From the human T2T-CHM13v2.0 reference genome, Homo sapiens: a stretch of DNA of 64,000 bases. This document shows, in pieces, positions 1 to 12,669 of the stretch. Below the pieces are notes generated by a model. It made no database searches and was not told the origin of the DNA. It saw only the letters and a list, made by a program, of their open reading frames with translations. The DNA is taken from NCBI RefSeq assembly GCF_009914755.1, contig NC_060934.1; one strand, written 5' to 3'. The position numbers and the translations under genes are program-made. The stretch's first letter is position 1, and the number at the start of each line of letters is the position of its first letter.

Positions 1-132
1 TTTCTCTACCTTAGTAATTGTTTGAAAATTCTATAATAGAAAAAAACCTCTAAGAGCATAATAAAACTAAATACCCACTGATATGCCCCAAAGTGCTGAG
101 TTTACAGTAAATACTAGATCAGTATTTAATAA

Positions 133-456
<324 letters not shown>

Positions 457-716
457 TAATCATTGAGAATAATTCATGTGCTTTATCAAAAACACCTTAT
501 TATTCCATTAAACTTACTGAGTAGAACAAAAATGATCATAAAGATGTTTCAAAGAATATGTTCCAATTTAACTGGCTAAAAAAATTTGTGTATATATTCG
601 TTATTACCAAATGTGGGATTGGCATCAAAATGTGGATGATCAAAAATAATTTCTTAAACAGATTATTCTGTGTTGTGTGTAATGATAGAAGAATTCCTTC
701 ATTTATTTTTCCCGAA

Positions 717-838
717 TTAAGATGAGCAACCAAGTCTGAGATCTTTAGCCCAGGAAGGAGTAGGTGAGGCATAGCCTGCTTTCTTGGCTGTCGAATGCTT
801 CTCAAAAGGATGCTGAAGAACTTGCTGGTAAGATGCAC
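717..838 (-). pseudogene. Duplicated SelO-like terminal exon VHL-[-1]-QQVLQHPFEKHSTAKKAGYASPTPSWAKDLRLGCSS*
   Basis: Aligns by eye to 29023-29145; 122 nt (1-nt deletion); ccag| acceptor retained. Confidence 0.9.
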
Positions 839-2658
839 CTGGTAAGCAATGTGGGCAGATAAATATAGCTTATAATTACTCAGGACCCTGATGACTTTCT
901 ACATTTCTAAATGGCAAGGTCAATTTTAAATGTTTAAAAATATTTATACTTTGGGAAGCAGAGGCAGGCAGATCACTGGAGGTCAGGAGTTGGAGACCAG
1001 CCTGACCAACATTGCGAAACCTTGTCTTTATTAAAAACACAAAAATTAGCCGGGCATGGCGGCATCTGCCTGTACTCCCAGCTACTTGGGAGTTTGATGC
1101 AGGAGAATGGCTTGAAACTGAATGTGGAGGATGCAGCGAGCCGAGATCACCACACTATACTCCAGCCTGGGCAACAAAGCTAGATTGTCTCAAATCGAAC
1201 AAACAACAATAAAAGTTCATACATTTTCTTTTATGAAAAATCTCAACTCTAGTTGTTACTTAGAATTGCTATTATTCCACAGAAATTCCTTAAGTACTAT
1301 TTTTGTACTAAACTAAGAGAAGGAATATGTACACTGTCATGGAGAGTACAAATATATCCCCATCATTTTAAGATCCCTTTACAGCATGAAGAGAATTCTA
1401 ATTTTCTAAAATATTTAGCAAAAAAAAGAATGTCAGTGATTTGCAATCTTTCCAAATGAAGGGCATGAATTCCAGCTCATGCTGCTTCCTCACTGGGAAT
1501 TTGGCTGTATAGTAATGAACTGAGGCATCAATGACACACTTCTTTCAACAATAAATCTGAGAACTGAAATGTTTATTTTCCGTGATTTTGCTATTTCTTG
1601 GGGCTTATGAAGGAAACGCTTAGTCAGAATAGAGAGGGTGGATGACAATACCATGAAATTAAAGGTGAGAGGTGAAGTAGAACATTTTATTGTATCACTA
1701 GTATTTTAAATATAAAGATTGCATCTTCATGAATACGGGGCTTTTGGAGCCCATCTTAGCACTTCTCCCCAGGTACGTTCAATACATATCATTTTATTGA
1801 AGTTGCTTGTATACCTATCAGTCTCACCTACTAGGTAAACGGCTCCTCTAGTTGATTCTTACATTTCTCTACTGCATCTTGCCTTGAGTCGATTCTAAAG
1901 ACATGTTTGATGAAAGAAGTTAAATACCAGTCACACGTGAAAAGGGCTGCATCTAGAAAGCTGCTCTATCAACGAAATCATTAAAAAATATGATGTACTC
2001 AGTGTAGGAATTTTAGGAAACTTCCCTATTATACTTGCTAGTTTGAATGAATATGTGTGTTATTTCCAAAAACATATAAATTGAATATATAATTATTAAG
2101 TGTGTATGTATATATACATATATATATACATGATATATTTATGTTAACATCACAGAGTAGACTTAACTCATGGCAAAGTTTTTTTCAAGCACCTGCAGAA
2201 ATCTGTCTTCTTTCCAGTTTCGAAAACCTTCACAAGCCATGGTGGAAAGAGGATCCTTTGGATCCCAGAGAGTGCATGAAGCACGTTGGGTTACAGTAAT
2301 TTTAAAATAGCTCATAGTCATAATTCACAATGAGGAAAGCTGAAAGTTGCTGGAAGCTATCAATGAATGAAAGGTGGGGCAGGGCAGCTGTGGGGGCGGG
2401 GCCTTGTGAGCCAGTGCCTGGACTCCCCCATCACAAATGGAAGGGCGGCACGTGGAGGGAACTCAAGGCCTGATTGGTTCCTCCTAAGCAGGAGGCGATC
2501 TAGTTGGCAGGGCAACCGGCCTTCAGTTAGTGCCTTCAGTGGGTGCCTTCCGTTGGTGGCATTTGGTTGCCTTTCCCGGGGAGAGGTGGCAGGTGCTCAG
2601 CTCTGCAGGCGTGGGGGCAAGGAAGGACCAAGCAGCCCGAGAAGAGCAGAGGTGCCCC

Positions 2659-3001
2659 ATGGGGACCACGATGACTTGTCACATGTGCACCAAAGCCAGC
2701 CCAAGGCAGGGCCTGTGCAGGGCTTCTGCGGAGCCCTCCTGAGGCTCTAACATCTATGAGTGGGCAGCCAGCATAGGCGCAGGCCCCTGCAGAGAGGAAC
2801 AGAGACGCCAGGAACACGCTGTCGCCCAATGCCAGCCCCAAGCGGGGCCTGCTCTGGGTGCAGTGTTGGGAGCAGTCCTGCAGCTCTGAGATCCATTAGT
2901 TGGAGGTGGGAGAAGTGCCAGATTCCACTGATTTGGAACCTGCCCAGTCTGATTCCGGAGCCGTGACTTACAGCATATTGGCTACCAGAAGACACCCAAA
3001 G
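2659..3001 (+). pseudogene. Degenerate cyclin-Y-like (CCNYL-type) coding exon 1, cassette A1
   Basis: MGTTMTCHMCTKASPRQGLCRASAEPS* resembles recalled CCNYL1 MGNTLTCCVSPNASPKLGRRAGSAELYC; ends QHIGYQKTPK G|GTAGGG vs QHISDREMPE D. Confidence 0.75.
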
Positions 3002-5417
3002 GTAGGGAGGAGACAGTTCGCTTTCCTATCCCCGGCCCCAAGCAGGAGGACTTGCTCTGACTCGACTCCCCACCCCTTCCTCTTTCCCTGTTGCATCCAG
3101 CCGATTACTTTCCCTTGCCCTGTCCAAATGCCCACCTCTGGGCCCTCTTCTTTTCCTAGGTTGGCCAAAAACAAAGTTTTCAAAATACAAAATGGATGCT
3201 AAGATTTCATTACGGTAGACGAAATGTCTGACAGCTCTTGTATTTAAACGTAAGTAGCCACACTGGGACTCCCAATTTCATATCTTGAGTTCTAGAACAG
3301 AGCTCTCTCTCCTAAAGTAATGGCTGAGGGTCAGATGTACTCTTCTTGATTCTAATAATAAGAAATGATGTTTTGTAGAGACAGGGTCTCACTGTGTTGC
3401 CCAGGCTGGTCTCAAACCCCGGGCCTCAAGTGATTCACCCACGTTGGCCTCCCACTTCGTTGGGATGACAGGCAAGAACCACCACACCAGGCCTTGATAG
3501 GTGCTCCTGCTTTGTGTGTTTTGGCTGGTCTTCCTGCGCAGCTGTCAGTAAGATGCTCCTGCAGCATAGTTCCAAATCTTTTTGCAATAATTCAGTGGAT
3601 GCTGTCATTTTTTACATGGAATAGCCACTTTGTCGCAGAGAAGCTGGACAATTCACACTTGGTAACATACAGCTTAGCAAATTTCATTTCTTGATCAACA
3701 AGTTAAAAGGTGATGCTTGTGGTCTAAATACGCAGATTCCTAATCATCCCCAAGAAAAAGGGAACCATTGCAAGGCAACCTGGGAGGGAGTTTAGGATTG
3801 TTCTGAGGCAGTGCCGGCCATTGAAATTCACACACAAGGGGATAGAAAAGACAATCCACATGTCCTAATCCCTCCATGTTCTGGTTATAACTTGGTCCTC
3901 CTTAAACTGCACTATTTTTGGCCTCAGAGAAAACTGAATTTGAATACCAGTTCCATCACTCTTTATGATGTGATGGTGAATGTGTTTTTAACTCATCTGA
4001 GCCTCAGTTTGCTCATCTATAGAAGATGTGACTGTTATAAGGCTTCCATAAGGTTAGTGTGTAAAACCATGGCAAAATGCTTGTAATTTAAAAGAGAGGT
4101 TTGTTATGAGGCTTCTATAAGGCAAGTGTGTAAAAATCTGGACACAATGTCTACAATTTTGTAAATGTTCAATATGTGGAGAAGGAGGATTATCTTTCAT
4201 TTAATATTTAGGGCAATTTTATAAAATTGGAGATCTCATATTTTTGAGATAATCAAACCAAGGATTAGAAAGACTAAATAAAGCACAATAGTCACAAAGC
4301 AGTTCACAATACATTTACTGGGTAATTTCTAGTTAAAAGTAGCAATGATTGTCACACTGAAAATCTCATATTTTGTAGTGGTTTCCTCTTACATAAGCTC
4401 TCGCTTTGTTGAAAGGATAGATTCTAAGCTGCTCTATCAAAGTGATCATTAGAAAAATGTGACATACTTAGTGTGTAAATTATAGAAAATTTCTTGTTAG
4501 TCTTGTTAATTTGATAGAACATGTGTGTTGTTTTCAAAAATGTAAATCAAATGTATGTGCATTGAATATATATATGAATATGTGAAATATGACTTGACAT
4601 TATAGGGTAGGCTTAGCTCATGGCAATGTTTTTTTTGTGAAAGTACCTGCAGAAATCTCTCTTATTTCTAGTTTGTTAATGTTTCAGAGATTATGGGGGA
4701 AAGGGGATTCTATGAATCCCTGACACTGCATGAAGCAGTTTTGGTTTCAGTAATTTTAGTATCATTCATTGTAAGGTGATGATTCCTAGGAACTTCTTCA
4801 CAGTGAGAAACCTGAAAGTTCCTAGCAGCCAGCAATGAATGCAAGCGGGGGCAGGGCCACTGGCAGTGAGGGGCCTTGTGAGCCATGTGCCTGTGTTCTC
4901 AAGTTCCAGGGTTCTGGGGATGCATGCAGGGGATTCTGGACCTGATTGTTTCCTCTGAACCAGGATGCATTCTGGTTGGCAGGGCAACTGGCCTTCACTT
5001 GGTGGCCTTCAGTGGGTGCCCTCATTGGTTGCCTTCAGTTAGTGCCCTCAGTTGGCACCCTCAGTTGTTTCTCTTCAGTCTGTGGTCCGCAGTTGGTGGT
5101 CTTCAGTTGTTGGGCAGTGGTGAAAGGAGGATGAATCCATTTGTGCTCTCTCCTCCCCCAGACACAGCTCTCAGGCTTGTTGCATCCGGACCCTTCTAAA
5201 ATAAACCAGACAGGTTGGCAAGTTTTTTTTTTAGCAGACAAGTCAGCTCAGGGTACAGGGGTGATGCAAGGTGCGGGCTGCTAGTGCAGTGCCGCCCCAT
5301 GGCCCAGGGCTGCCCGTGCCAGCCATACGTTTGCCGGGAAGAGGTGATAGGTGTTGAGCTCTGTAGACTTGGGGGCAAGCGAAGGCCCAAGCAGCCCGAG
5401 AAGAGCAGAGGTGCCCC

Positions 5418-5769
5418 ATGGGGACCACACTGAACTGTCACATGTGCACCAAAGCCAGCCCCAGTCAGGGCCGGCACAAGCGTTCTGCAGAGCCAGCCTG
5501 AGGTTCTGATGTCTACGAGTATGCAGACAGCGAAGGTGCAGGCCGCGATATATAGGAGCAGAGGCACCCTGAACACGCTGTCCCCCAATGCCAGCTACAA
5601 GTGGATCCAGCTAAGAGTGCGGAGGGAGAAGCCGTCCTGCAGCTCTGAGATCCACGAAGTAGAGGTGGTAGTAGCACCGGACCCCACTGCTTTGGAGCCT
5701 GCCCAATCGAATTTGGGAGCCAGCGAGGTTCCTGACTGCAGCACATTGGCCACCAGAAGACACACAAAG
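5418..5769 (+). pseudogene. Degenerate CCNYL-type coding exon 1, cassette B1
   Basis: MGTTLNCHMCTKASPSQGRHKRSAEPA*GSDVYE; then NTLSPNAS...CSSEIHEV...ALEPAQSNLGASE..LQHIGHQKTHK, donor AG|GTAGGG. Confidence 0.8.
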
Positions 5770-7668
5770 GTAGGGAGGCTTCGGATACCACTTAAGTTTA
5801 GGAACTCCTCTGGTTGCTGCTGGCCCAAAGTTCCCCCAGAGGCATTCAAGGCCTGGGGCTCCTGCCTCCTGCCCCTAGTTTGCTATCCTAAGCCCAGGCC
5901 TCAAGCAGGAGGACTGGCTCTGCCTCACCTCCCCACCCCTTCTTTTTTCCCTGCTGTGTGCAGCCAGTTTCTTTCCTCCTACCTACCCCAATGCCCAGTT
6001 CTGGGCACTCCACTTCTTCCCCTAGGCTGTCTGAAAACCACATTTTTAGGATACAAAATGTATGCTATAGATTTCATTGCTGTAGAGGAAATGTCTGACA
6101 GCTGTTGTATTTAAACTTAAGTAGCCACACTGGGACTCATAATTTCATATCTTGAGTTCTAGACCAGAGCCCTCTCTCCTAAAGCAATGTCAGAGGGTCA
6201 GAGGTAATCTTCTTGATTCTAATAATAATAAATGATTTTTTGTACAGACAGGGTTTCACTGTGTTGCCCAGGCTTGTCTCAAACTCCTGGCCTCAACTCA
6301 TCCACCCATCTTGGCCTCCCACTTTGCTGGCATGATAAGCAGGAACCACCACACCTGGCCTTTGGAGGTGCTCTAGCTTTGTGTGTTTTGGCTAATCTTC
6401 CTGCACAGCTGTCAGTAAGATGCTCCTGCAGTATGGTTCCAAACCTTTCTACACAATCCTGTGATATTTTTACATGGAAGAGCCTTTTGTTTACTGCAGA
6501 GAAGCTAGACAATTCACAGTTAGTAACCTAAGGCCTAGAAAATTTTGTTTCTTGATCAAAACAACTGTTTATAGATGCTTGTGGTCCAAAGATGCAGATT
6601 CCTAATCATAAAAAAGAAGAAGTGATGTCCACTGCAGGCAACCAGGGAGGGAGTTTAGGATTGTTCTGAGGCCGTGAAAGCCATTGAAATTCACCCATAA
6701 GAAGGCAGAGCAAGGGAATCCACATGTCTTGATCCCTCCATGTGGAGGGTATAATTGGGTCTTCATGAAGGTGCACCACCTTTGGGGTCAGAGAGAATTG
6801 GATTTGAATCCCAGTTCCAACACTCACTACAAAGTGATGGTGAATGAGTTTTTAAATCCTCTGAGCCTCAGTTTGCTCATCTGTAAAAGAAGTGATTCTT
6901 ATGAGGCTTGTATTAGTTTAGTGTGTAAAAATCTGGGAATAATGCCTGTAATTTAAAAGACAGGTTGTTATGAGGCTTCAATAAGGTAAGTGTGTAAAAA
7001 TCTGGACACAATGCCTTTAATTTTGTAATTGTACAATATATGAAGGTGGAGGATTATTTTTCTCTCCTTTTATTTTTAGAACAAGTTTATACAATTGGCA
7101 TTATTCCTATTTTTAAGATAATCAAAGGACCAACAAGTTGAAATAAATCACCATACTCACAAAGCAGTTCACAATATATTTACTGGGTAATTGCTACTTA
7201 AAAGTAGCAATGATGATCACATTGAAAATCTTGTATTACGTGGTGGTTTTCTCTTCCATGAGCCTCTTCATTTGTGGAAACCATAGAGTCTAAGTTGCTC
7301 TATAAAAGTGTTCATTAGAAAAATGTGATGCACTTAGTGTATAAATTTTAGAAAATTTCCACTGTTAGTCTTGTTAATTTGATTGAATATGTGCGTTTTG
7401 GATTATGAATGTGAATATGTATTGATATATGAAATAAGACTTGACATCATACAGTAATCTCAGCTCATGGCAATGTTTTCTTCTGAAAACACCTGCTGAA
7501 ATCTGTATTATTTCTAGTTTCCAAAAAAAATCAGTCACGACGGGGCCAAGGGGATGTTTGAATGTCAGATACTGCATGAGGCACATTAGTGTACAGTAAT
7601 TTGCGCATAATTCATATTCATAATTCACAGTGAGGAAATCTGAAAGTTGCTACCAGCTACTAATAAAT

Positions 7669-7925
7669 GGAAGGTGGGGCGGGCTGCTGTGGGGATGGGG
7701 CCGCTGTGGGGGCGGGGCTGCCGTGGGGGCGGGGTCGCTGTGGGGGCGGGGCCTTGTGAGCCAGTGCTTGGACTTCCACGTCATAAACGGAAGGGCGGTG
7801 CGTGGAGGGAACTCAAGGCCTGATTGGTTCCTCCTAAGCAGGATGCGATCTGGTTGGCAGGGCAACCGGCCTTCAGTTAGTGCCTTCAGTGGGTGCTTTC
7901 AGTTGGTGGCATTCGGTTGCCTTTC
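7669..7925 (+). promoter_or_regulatory. Candidate promoter of cassette A2: GC-box repeats, CRE-like CACGTCA, inverted CCAAT, RFX X-box, MYB-type sites
   Basis: Repeated gggggcgggg units at 7669-7753; tgATTGG ~7821-7827; GTTGGCAGGGCAAC at 7853-7866; CAGTTA/CAGTTG/CGGTTG downstream. Confidence 0.6.
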
Positions 7926-8008
7926 CTGAGGAGAGGTGGCAGGTGCTCAGCTCTGCAGGTGTCGGGGCAAGGAAGGACCAAGCGACCTGAGAAGAGCAGA
8001 GGTGCCCC

Positions 8009-8335
8009 ATGGGGACCACGCTGACTTGTCGCATGTGCACCAAGGCCAGCCCCACTCAGGGCCCTCACAGGGCTTCTGCAGAGCCGTCCTGAGGCTCTGA
8101 CATCTATGAGTCGGCGGCCAGCAGAGGCGCAGGCCCCAGCACAGAGGAGCAGAGGCACCCGGAACAAGCTGTCCCTTAATGCCACCCCAAGCGGGGCCAG
8201 CTCAGGATGCGGTGTTTGGAGCAGTCCTGCAGCTCTGCGATCCACGAGGTGGTGGTGGGAGTAGCGCCAGAGTCCACTGCTTTGGAGCCTGCCCCGTCTG
8301 ATTCAGGAGTCATGACGACCAGAAGACGCCAAAAG
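8009..8335 (+). pseudogene. Degenerate CCNYL-type coding exon 1, cassette A2
   Basis: MGTTLTCRMCTKASPTQGPHRASAEPS*GSDIYESAA (cf. CCNYL1 ..YCASDIYEAV); donor AAG|GTAGGG at 8335/8336. Confidence 0.8.
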
Positions 8336-10860
8336 GTAGGGAGACTACAGATACCGCTTGGCCTTAGGAGCTCCTTTGGCAGTTGCTCACCCATGGTTCC
8401 CCCCAGAGGCACCCACAGCCTAGGGCTCCTCCCTCCTGCCTCTAGTTTGCTTTCCTAGGCCCAGGCCCCAAGCAGGAGGACTTGCTCTGATTCCACTCCC
8501 CATCCATTCTTCTTTCCCTGTTGCATCCAGCTGGTTACTTTCCCTTGCCCTGTCCAAATGCCCACTTCTGGGCCCTCTTCTTCTTTTCTTAGGCTGGTCA
8601 AAACTAAGACTTCAGATTACAAAATGTATGCTACAGATTTCATTACGGTAGAGGAAATATGCGACAGCTCTTGTATTTAAACTTAAGTAGCCACATTGGG
8701 ACTCCCAATTTCATATTTTTCGTTGTAGAGCAGAGCTCTCTCTCCTAAAGTAATGGCTGAGGGTTAGAGGTACGCTTCTTCATTCTAATAATAAAAAATG
8801 ATTTCTCATAGAGACAGGGTCTCACTGTGTTGCCCAGGCTGGTCTCAAACCCCTGGCCTCAAGTGATTCACTCACGTTGGCCTCCCGCTTTGTTGGGATG
8901 ACAGGCAAGAACCACCACACCTGGCCTTGGGAGCTGCTCCTGCTTTGTGTGTTTTGGCTGGTCTTCCTGCACAGCTGTCAGTAAGATGCTCCTGCAGCAT
9001 AGTTCCAAATCTTTCTGCACAAATTTAGTGGATGATGTGATTTTTTACATGGAATAGCCCCTTTATTTATTGCAGAGAAGCTGGACAATTCACACTTAGT
9101 AACATATGGCCTAGCAAATTTCATTTCGTGATCACCACACCTGTTAAAAGGTGATGCTTGTGGTCTAAATATGCAGATTCCTCATCATCCTCAAGGAAAA
9201 GGGAACCACTGCAAGAAAACCTGGGAGGGAGTTTAGGATTGTCCTGAGGCAGTGCAAGCCACTGAAATTCACACACAAGGGGTTAGAAAAGAGAATCCAC
9301 ATGTTCTCATCTCTCCATGTTCTGGGTATAACTTGGTCCTCCTTAAATTGCACCATTTTTGGCGTTAGAGAAAACTGGATTTGAATACCACTTCCATCAC
9401 TCTTTATGATGTGATGGTGAATGTGTTTTTAACTCATCTGAGCCTCAGTTTGCTCATCTATAGAAGATGTGATTGTTGTAAGGCTTCCATAAGGTAAGTG
9501 TGTAAAAACCATGGCAAAATGCTTGTAATTTAAAAGAGAGGGTTATTATGAGGCTTCTATAAGGTAAGTGTGTAAAAGTCTGGACAAAATGTCTACTATT
9601 TTGTAAGTGTTCAATATGTGGATAAAGTGGATTATCTTTCTCTCCTTTTTAGACCACAAATTTTTAGACCAAGTTTATAAAATTAGGGATACTCCTATTT
9701 CTTAGACAATCAAACAAATGATCAGAAAGACTAGATAAATCACCATAGTCACAAAGCAGTTCACAATGCATTTACTGGGTAATTTCTAGTTAACAGTAGC
9801 AATGATGATCACATTGAAAATCTTGTATTTTGTGGTGGTTTTCTGTTACGTAAGCCTCTTGCTTTGTTGAAACCATAGATTCTAAGCTGCTTTGTCAAAG
9901 TGATCATTAGAAAAATGTGATGTAGTGTGTAAATGTTAGAAAATTTCTCCTGTTAGTCTTGTTAATTTGATTGAACATGTGTGTCATTTTCAAAAATGTA
10001 AATCAAATATATGTGAATGGGATATATATGTATACATATGAAATATAACTTGAATTAGAGAGTAGGCTTAGCTCATGGCAATGTTTTTTCTGAAAGCACC
10101 TGCAGAAATCTCTCTTATTTCTAGTTTGTTGATGTTTCAGAGATTATGGAGAAATGGCGGTTCTATGAATCTCAGACACTGCATGAGGCAGATTTGGTTT
10201 CAGTAATTTTAGCATCATTCATTGTAAGGTGATGATCCCTAGGAACTTCATCACAGTGAGAAACCTGAAAGGTCCTAGCAGCCAGCATGAATGAAAGGTG
10301 GGGCGGGGCTGCTGGCAGGGCAGGGCCTTGTGAGCCATATGCCTGTGCTCTCAAGTTCCAGGATTGTGGGGATGCATGCAGGGGATTCTGGACCTGATTG
10401 TTTCCTCTGAACCAGGATGTGGTCTGGTTGGCAGGGCAACTGGCCTTCACTTGGTGGCCTTCAGTGGATGCCCACATTGGTTGCCTTCGGTTAGTGCACT
10501 CAGTTGGTACCCTCAGTTGTTTCTCTTCAGTTGGTGGTCTTCAATTGTTGGGCAGTGGCAGAAGGAGGATGAATCCGTTTGTGCTCTCTCCTCCCCCAGT
10601 CACAGCTCTCAGGCTTGTTGCCCCCAGGCCCTCCTAAAATAAACCAGAGATGTTGGCAGGTTTTTCTTAGCAGACTAATCAGCTCAGGATATGGGGGTGA
10701 GGCAGGGTGTAGGGTGCAGGTTGCTAGCACAGTGCCGCCCCATGGCCCAGGGCTGCCTGTGCCAGACATGCCTTTGCAAGGAAGAGGCAATAGTTGTTGA
10801 GCTCTGCAGACTTGGGGGCAAGCGAAGGTCCAAGCTGCCTGAGAAGAGCAGGGGTGCCCC

Positions 10861-11211
10861 ATGGGGACCACACTGAACTGTCACAAGTGCACCAAAGTCA
10901 GCCCCAGTCAGGGCTGGCAGAAGGGTTCTGCAGAGCCAGCCTGTGGCTCTGATGTCTACCAGTGTGCAGACAGAGAAGGCGCAGGCTGTGATATACAGGA
11001 GCAGAGGAGCCCTGAACACGCTGTCCCCCAATACCAGCCACAAGCGGGGCTATCTCAGGGTGCGGTGGGTGAAGCCGTCCTGCAGCTCTGCGATCCATGA
11101 GGTGGAGGTGGCAGTACTACCAGACTCCACTGCTTTGGAGCCTGCCCAGTCGAATTTGGGATCCAGTGACAGACCTGACAGCAGTACATTGGCAACCAGA
11201 AGATACCCCAG
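10861..11211 (+). pseudogene. Degenerate CCNYL-type coding exon 1, cassette B2 (79-aa ORF from the ancestral ATG)
   Basis: MGTTLNCHKCTKVSPSQGWQKGSAEPACGSDVYQ...; donor CAG|GTAGGG at 11211/11212. Confidence 0.8.
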
Positions 11212-12669
11212 GTAGGGTGGCAACGGATACTGCTTAACTTGAGAAGAGCCTCAGTTTTCTCATCTATATAAGATGTGATTGCTATGAAGCTTCCATAAGG
11301 TAAGTGTGTAAAAACCATGGCAAAATGCTTGTAACTTAAAACAGAGTGTTTCTATGAGGCTTCTATAAGGTGAGTGTGCAAAAATCTGGACACAATACCT
11401 ATAATTGTTTAAGTGTTCAGTATGTGGAGAAGGAGGATTATTTTTTCTCATCTAATTTTTAGAGCGAGTTCATAAGATTGGTGATACTCATATATCTTAG
11501 ACAATCAAACCAATAATCAGAAAGAATAAATAGATCACCAGCGTCACAAAGCAGTTCACAATGCATTCACTGGGTAATTTTTAGTTGAAAGTAGAAATGA
11601 TGATCACATTGAAAATTTTGTATTATGTTGTGGTTTTCTCTTACATAATCCTCTTGGTGTCTTGGTGTTATGAAACCACAGATTCTAAATTGCTCTACAA
11701 AGTGATCATTAGAAAAATCTGATGTACTTAGTGTTTAAATGTTAGAAAATTTCTTGTTAGTCTTCTCAATTTGATTGAACATGTGTGTTATTTTCAAAAA
11801 TGTAAATGGGACATATGTGGATTTGTTATATATGTGTATATATGAAATATTACTTGATATTATAGAGTAGGCTTAGCTCATGGCAAAGTTTTTTTCTGAA
11901 AGCACCTGCAGAAATCTCTCTTATTTCTAGTTTGTTAATATTTCAGAGATTATGGGGGAAAGGGGGTTTTATGAATCCCAGACATTGCGTGAAGCAGATT
12001 TGGTTTCAGTAATTTTAGCATCATTCATTGTAAGGTGATGATCCCTAGGAATTTCTTCACAGTGAGAAACCTGAAGGTTCCTAGCATGCAGCAATGAATG
12101 AAAGGTGGGGCGGGGCCACTGGCATGGTGGGGCCTTGTGAGCCATGTGTCTGTGCTCTCAAGTTCCAAGTCTGTAGGGATGCATGCAGGGGATTCTGGAC
12201 CTGATTGTTTACTATGAACCAGGATGCGGTCTGGTTGGCAGGGCAACTGGCCTTCACTTGGTGGCCTTCAGTGGGTGCCCTCATTGGTTGCCTTCGGTTA
12301 GTGCCCTCAGTTGGTACCCTCAGTTGTTTCTCTTCAGGTGGTGGTCCTCAGTTGGTGGTCTTCAGTTGTTGGGCAGTGATGGAAGGAGGATGAATCTGTG
12401 CTCTCTCCTGCCCCAGTCACAGCTCTCAGGCTTGTTGCATCCAGGCCTTTCTAAAATAAACTGGACAGGTTGGCAGGATTTTTTAGCAGACAAGTCAGCT
12501 CAGAGTATGGGGGTGATATGGGGTGCATGCTGCTAGCGCAGTGCCACCCCGTGGCCCAGGACTGCTTGTGCTAGCAATGCTTTTGCCAGCAAGAGACGAT
12601 AGGTGTTGAGCTCTGCACACTTGGGGGCAACCAAAGGCCCAAGCTGCCCAAGAAGAGCAAGAGTGCCCC

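Noticed and set aside
4990-5112. Short cctcagttgg repeats as a CRISPR-like array
   Set aside because: This is eukaryotic DNA; the units are ~12 bp, degenerate and lack unique spacers. Treated as a promoter motif array.
5509-6114. 201-aa ORF in cassette B1 as an intact gene
   Set aside because: It reads through the conserved donor into intron-derived sequence, leaves the CCNYL frame before QHI, and is not open at this length in the other cassettes.
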